A stretch of 64,000 nt of DNA, from contig NC_043011.1 in the NCBI RefSeq assembly GCF_006345805.1, positions 13,280,464 through 13,344,463 of the forward strand, given 5' to 3'. Source of the stretch: Octopus sinensis (taxonomy: Eukaryota). The notes beneath the pieces are model-generated. The model saw only the letters and a program-made list of their open reading frames with translations, made no database searches and was not told where the DNA came from. The position numbers and the translations under genes are program-made. The stretch's first letter is position 1, and every line of letters starts with the position of its first letter. Positions 61,229-64,000 of the stretch are shown in pieces.

Positions 61229-61790
61229 ATATTATCCTCAGCCCATCTGTAAATTGAGTTCAACTCCTGCTGCAGATATGCAACATTTCTGGGGTTCTCT
61301 GTTTTCTGCAAGACTTTCGTATCATCTGCATAGCTTGCCAGAGTGGCTATCCGGGTTCTTGAGGGCATATCTGAGAGGGCCTCTATAAAAAGCAGTGGTC
61401 CCAAGACAGTGCCTTGTGGAACACCGCACACTATTTGTATTTTCATAGAGGTGGCTCCATTAGCCACTACTGCCTGACTTCTGTCTTTCAGAAAGTCATG
61501 TAACCACTCTCCAAGTTTTCCAGCTATGCCGAGGTCATGCAGTTTGTGGCATATCATACCATAATCCACTTTGTCAAAAGCTTTTGCAAAATCAAGGTAT
61601 ATTACATCCACATTTGAGTTGTTGAGTAACTGCCTCCACACCCAGTCATAATGTTGTAAGAGCTGGGTCAGGCAGCTCCTACCAGGTCGAAAGCCATGCT
61701 GGGTATCACTCAGCAAGTTATTTTCTTCAAGGAATGCGATTAGTTTCCCTCTGACTATCCGTTCCATGATTTTGCTGGTGTGTGAAGTAA
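61228..61790 (-). mobile_element. CR1/L2-group RT fragment with an uninterrupted reading frame
   Basis: QHGFRPGRSCLTQLL, YLDFAKAFDKV, GVPQGTVLGPLLF, YADDTK; bounded by (GT)n and (TA)n. Confidence 0.92.
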
Positions 61791-61824
61791 GTATATATAT
61801 ATATACTTATATATATATACTTAC

Positions 61825-61873
<49 letters not shown>

Positions 61874-63235
61874 CAATACATACGTACAAATACCTTTCAG
61901 TTCATTTTTTTATTTGCCGTTTCTTATCACCCTTTCCCCCTTCAATTTTATGCATTCTTTCCAAGACAATTTCTCTGTACAAGTAACTTTCACCCTTTGC
62001 TGCCGTCGGCATGATATTATTGCCAGGGTTTTCAGGCAGAAGCTGACTAAGCTAATTGATTTAATCAAAAAAGAGCAGGTTTTTGGGCCTGTTAACTGCC
62101 ACACATACACACACACACATATATATATATATAATATATATACACACACACACATAATATATCTCCTGTTTAGGCGCTGGCATGGCTGTGTGGTTAGGGA
62201 GCTTGCTTCCTAGCTACATGGTTTCGGGTTCAGTCCCACTGCGTGGCACTTTGGGTAGGTGTCTTCTGCTATAGCCCCGAGCCGACCGAAGCTTTGTGAT
62301 TGAATTTGGTAGGCGGGAGTTACTGCGATGTGTGTATATGTGCATATAGCTGCTTAGTGCCTCTCCGAAAGAGAGAGAGAGAGAGGGAACCTTCCAAGTG
62401 ATATAATTTGTCAATATTGAATGGGTGCTCACTTTTGTGTATCTGTGGTTACAGAGTAAAGATCTGCAAAATGTGGGAACTAAAAAATCATACACCCAAA
62501 CTCATTGAAGCTAAGTATATTAAAGATGTTCACTATTTGTCATCATGTACATTGGTACAAAATTTAGAATGGCCTTTATGTTCCTAGAAACGATTTAAAG
62601 ATCACAGTGATAATGCAACTAGTTTTTGGTTTAATGTATGTCTTAAGTTCTAATTACAAAGTGAACAGAAGAGAATTCATCATCATCGTTTAACTTCCAT
62701 TTTCCATGCTAGCATGGGTTGGACGGTTCGACCGGGGTCTGGGAAGCCAGGAGGCTGCACCAGGCTCCAGTCTGATCTGGCAGTGTTTCTACAGCTGGAT
62801 GCCCTTCTTAACGTCAACCACTCCGTGAGTGTAGTGGGTGCTTTTTACATGCCAGGGGAGGCTGGCAGCGGCCACGATCGGATGGTGCTTTTTACGTGCC
62901 ACCGGCACAGAAGCCAGTCAAGCCGGCGCTGGCATCAGCCACATTCGGATTGTGCTTTTTACAGTTGTAAACATAAAAGAGATGTGTATGTGTGTTAGAA
63001 AATTTTTGAAGTTTGATTAAAATTCTTTATTGGACAATGTGAGCTGTAATGAAATCACAAGTCACACAGACATCAATCTCTAATTAAATATATAAATTTT
63101 CAACTGCCATTGAGAGAGCATGAGACTTGTTGAACTTGTAAATTATTTGTGAATAAAATATTTAGTGTTTCAGCTATAGAGGAATGGGTAATAGATACCA
63201 ATTACGTCTTTCAGATGCTGCACAATTCTTGTATA

Positions 63236-63797
63236 CAGTAATCCCTCACTGCATCATGGTTCACCTATCATGGTTTATTTAGGCTTATATCGATTCCTCT
63301 GTGGTAGTGTTTTGTATTTATAATACAATAAATATCATTATCATCATCGTTTAACGTCCGCTTTCCATGCTAGCATGGGTTGGACGATTTTGACTGAGGG
63401 CTTGCGAGCCAGATGGCTGCACCAGGCTCCAATCTTGATCTGGCAGAGTTTCTACAGCTAGATGCCCTTCCTAATGCCAACCACTCCGAGAGTGTAGTGG
63501 GTGGTGCTTTTTACGTGCCACCGGCACGGGGGCCAGTCAGGCGGCACTGGCAACGACCTCGCTCGAATCTTTTTACACGTGCCACCGGCACAGGTGCCAG
63601 TGAAGCGACGTTAGTAACGATCACACTCGAATGGTGCCCTTTTACGTGCCACGGGTACGGAAGCTAGTTGGGTGCTCTGGCAACAATCACGCTCGGATGG
63701 TGCTCATTATAAAAATTAGTTTTAAAAAAAAGTACAGTACTTCGTGGATTTTCACCTATTTTGGAACGTAACACCAGCGATGGATGAGGGATTACTG
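63236..63797. mobile_element. Tc1/mariner (pogo/Tigger-type) MITE with a nested family-A repeat
   Basis: TA|CAGTAATCCCTC...GAGGGATTACTG|TA. Confidence 0.82.
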
Positions 63798-64000
63798 TAT
63801 TAGAATTTCTATATACTTCAATACATGTAAAACTTCAAGTATTTTTTTCTTCTGTTGACTTTTTCTGCTTTTTTTCTTCTTAGGTTGTCAGTTATTTTTT
63901 TTACAGTTCTGTCAAAAGAATATTGTTTTATTTCAGACTTATGCATCCTTTATCTTTATCTTTATTTATTTTTCTTTGATGGGCTTCACCATCCTATTCC

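Noticed and set aside
55460-64000. Next ACO1 exon (expected ...LQKNQ.LEF.RN.ERF.FLKWG)
   Set aside because: Not found; it probably lies beyond the window.

Overview
AT-rich eukaryotic genomic DNA, dense in repeats and microsatellites. The repeat landscape resembles an octopus/coleoid cephalopod genome (inference, no database search). Two protein-coding genes lie head-to-head. (1) A complete mitochondrial carrier gene, SLC25A44-like, on the minus strand: coding exons 21935-21716, 18484-18041, 11956-11829 and 8803-8615, 981 nt, 326 aa plus stop, all GT-AG with consistent phases. (2) The 5' part of cytosolic aconitase/IRP1 (ACO1) on the plus strand: exons 27138-27165, 52613-52708, 54607-54775 and 55322-55459, with a 25.4-kb first intron; the gene continues beyond the window. 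The rest is decayed transposons: RTE, CR1/L2-type and L1/Tx1 LINE pieces, several tRNA-derived SINE families, a Gypsy remnant, a Helitron remnant, non-autonomous Helitron-like elements, and mariner, piggyBac, hAT and GG-terminal MITEs. Best second-look items: a complete type I hammerhead ribozyme fold at 1084-1156, a decayed HDV-like ribozyme at an RTE 5' end (47219-47151), a LINE/SINE shared 3' stem-loop with a compensatory base pair, an out-of-frame uORF overlapping the ACO1 start, and several long inverted repeats inside both pre-mRNAs. I cannot support a wholly new biological system from sequence alone. Most ORFs in the supplied track are repeat or microsatellite artefacts.
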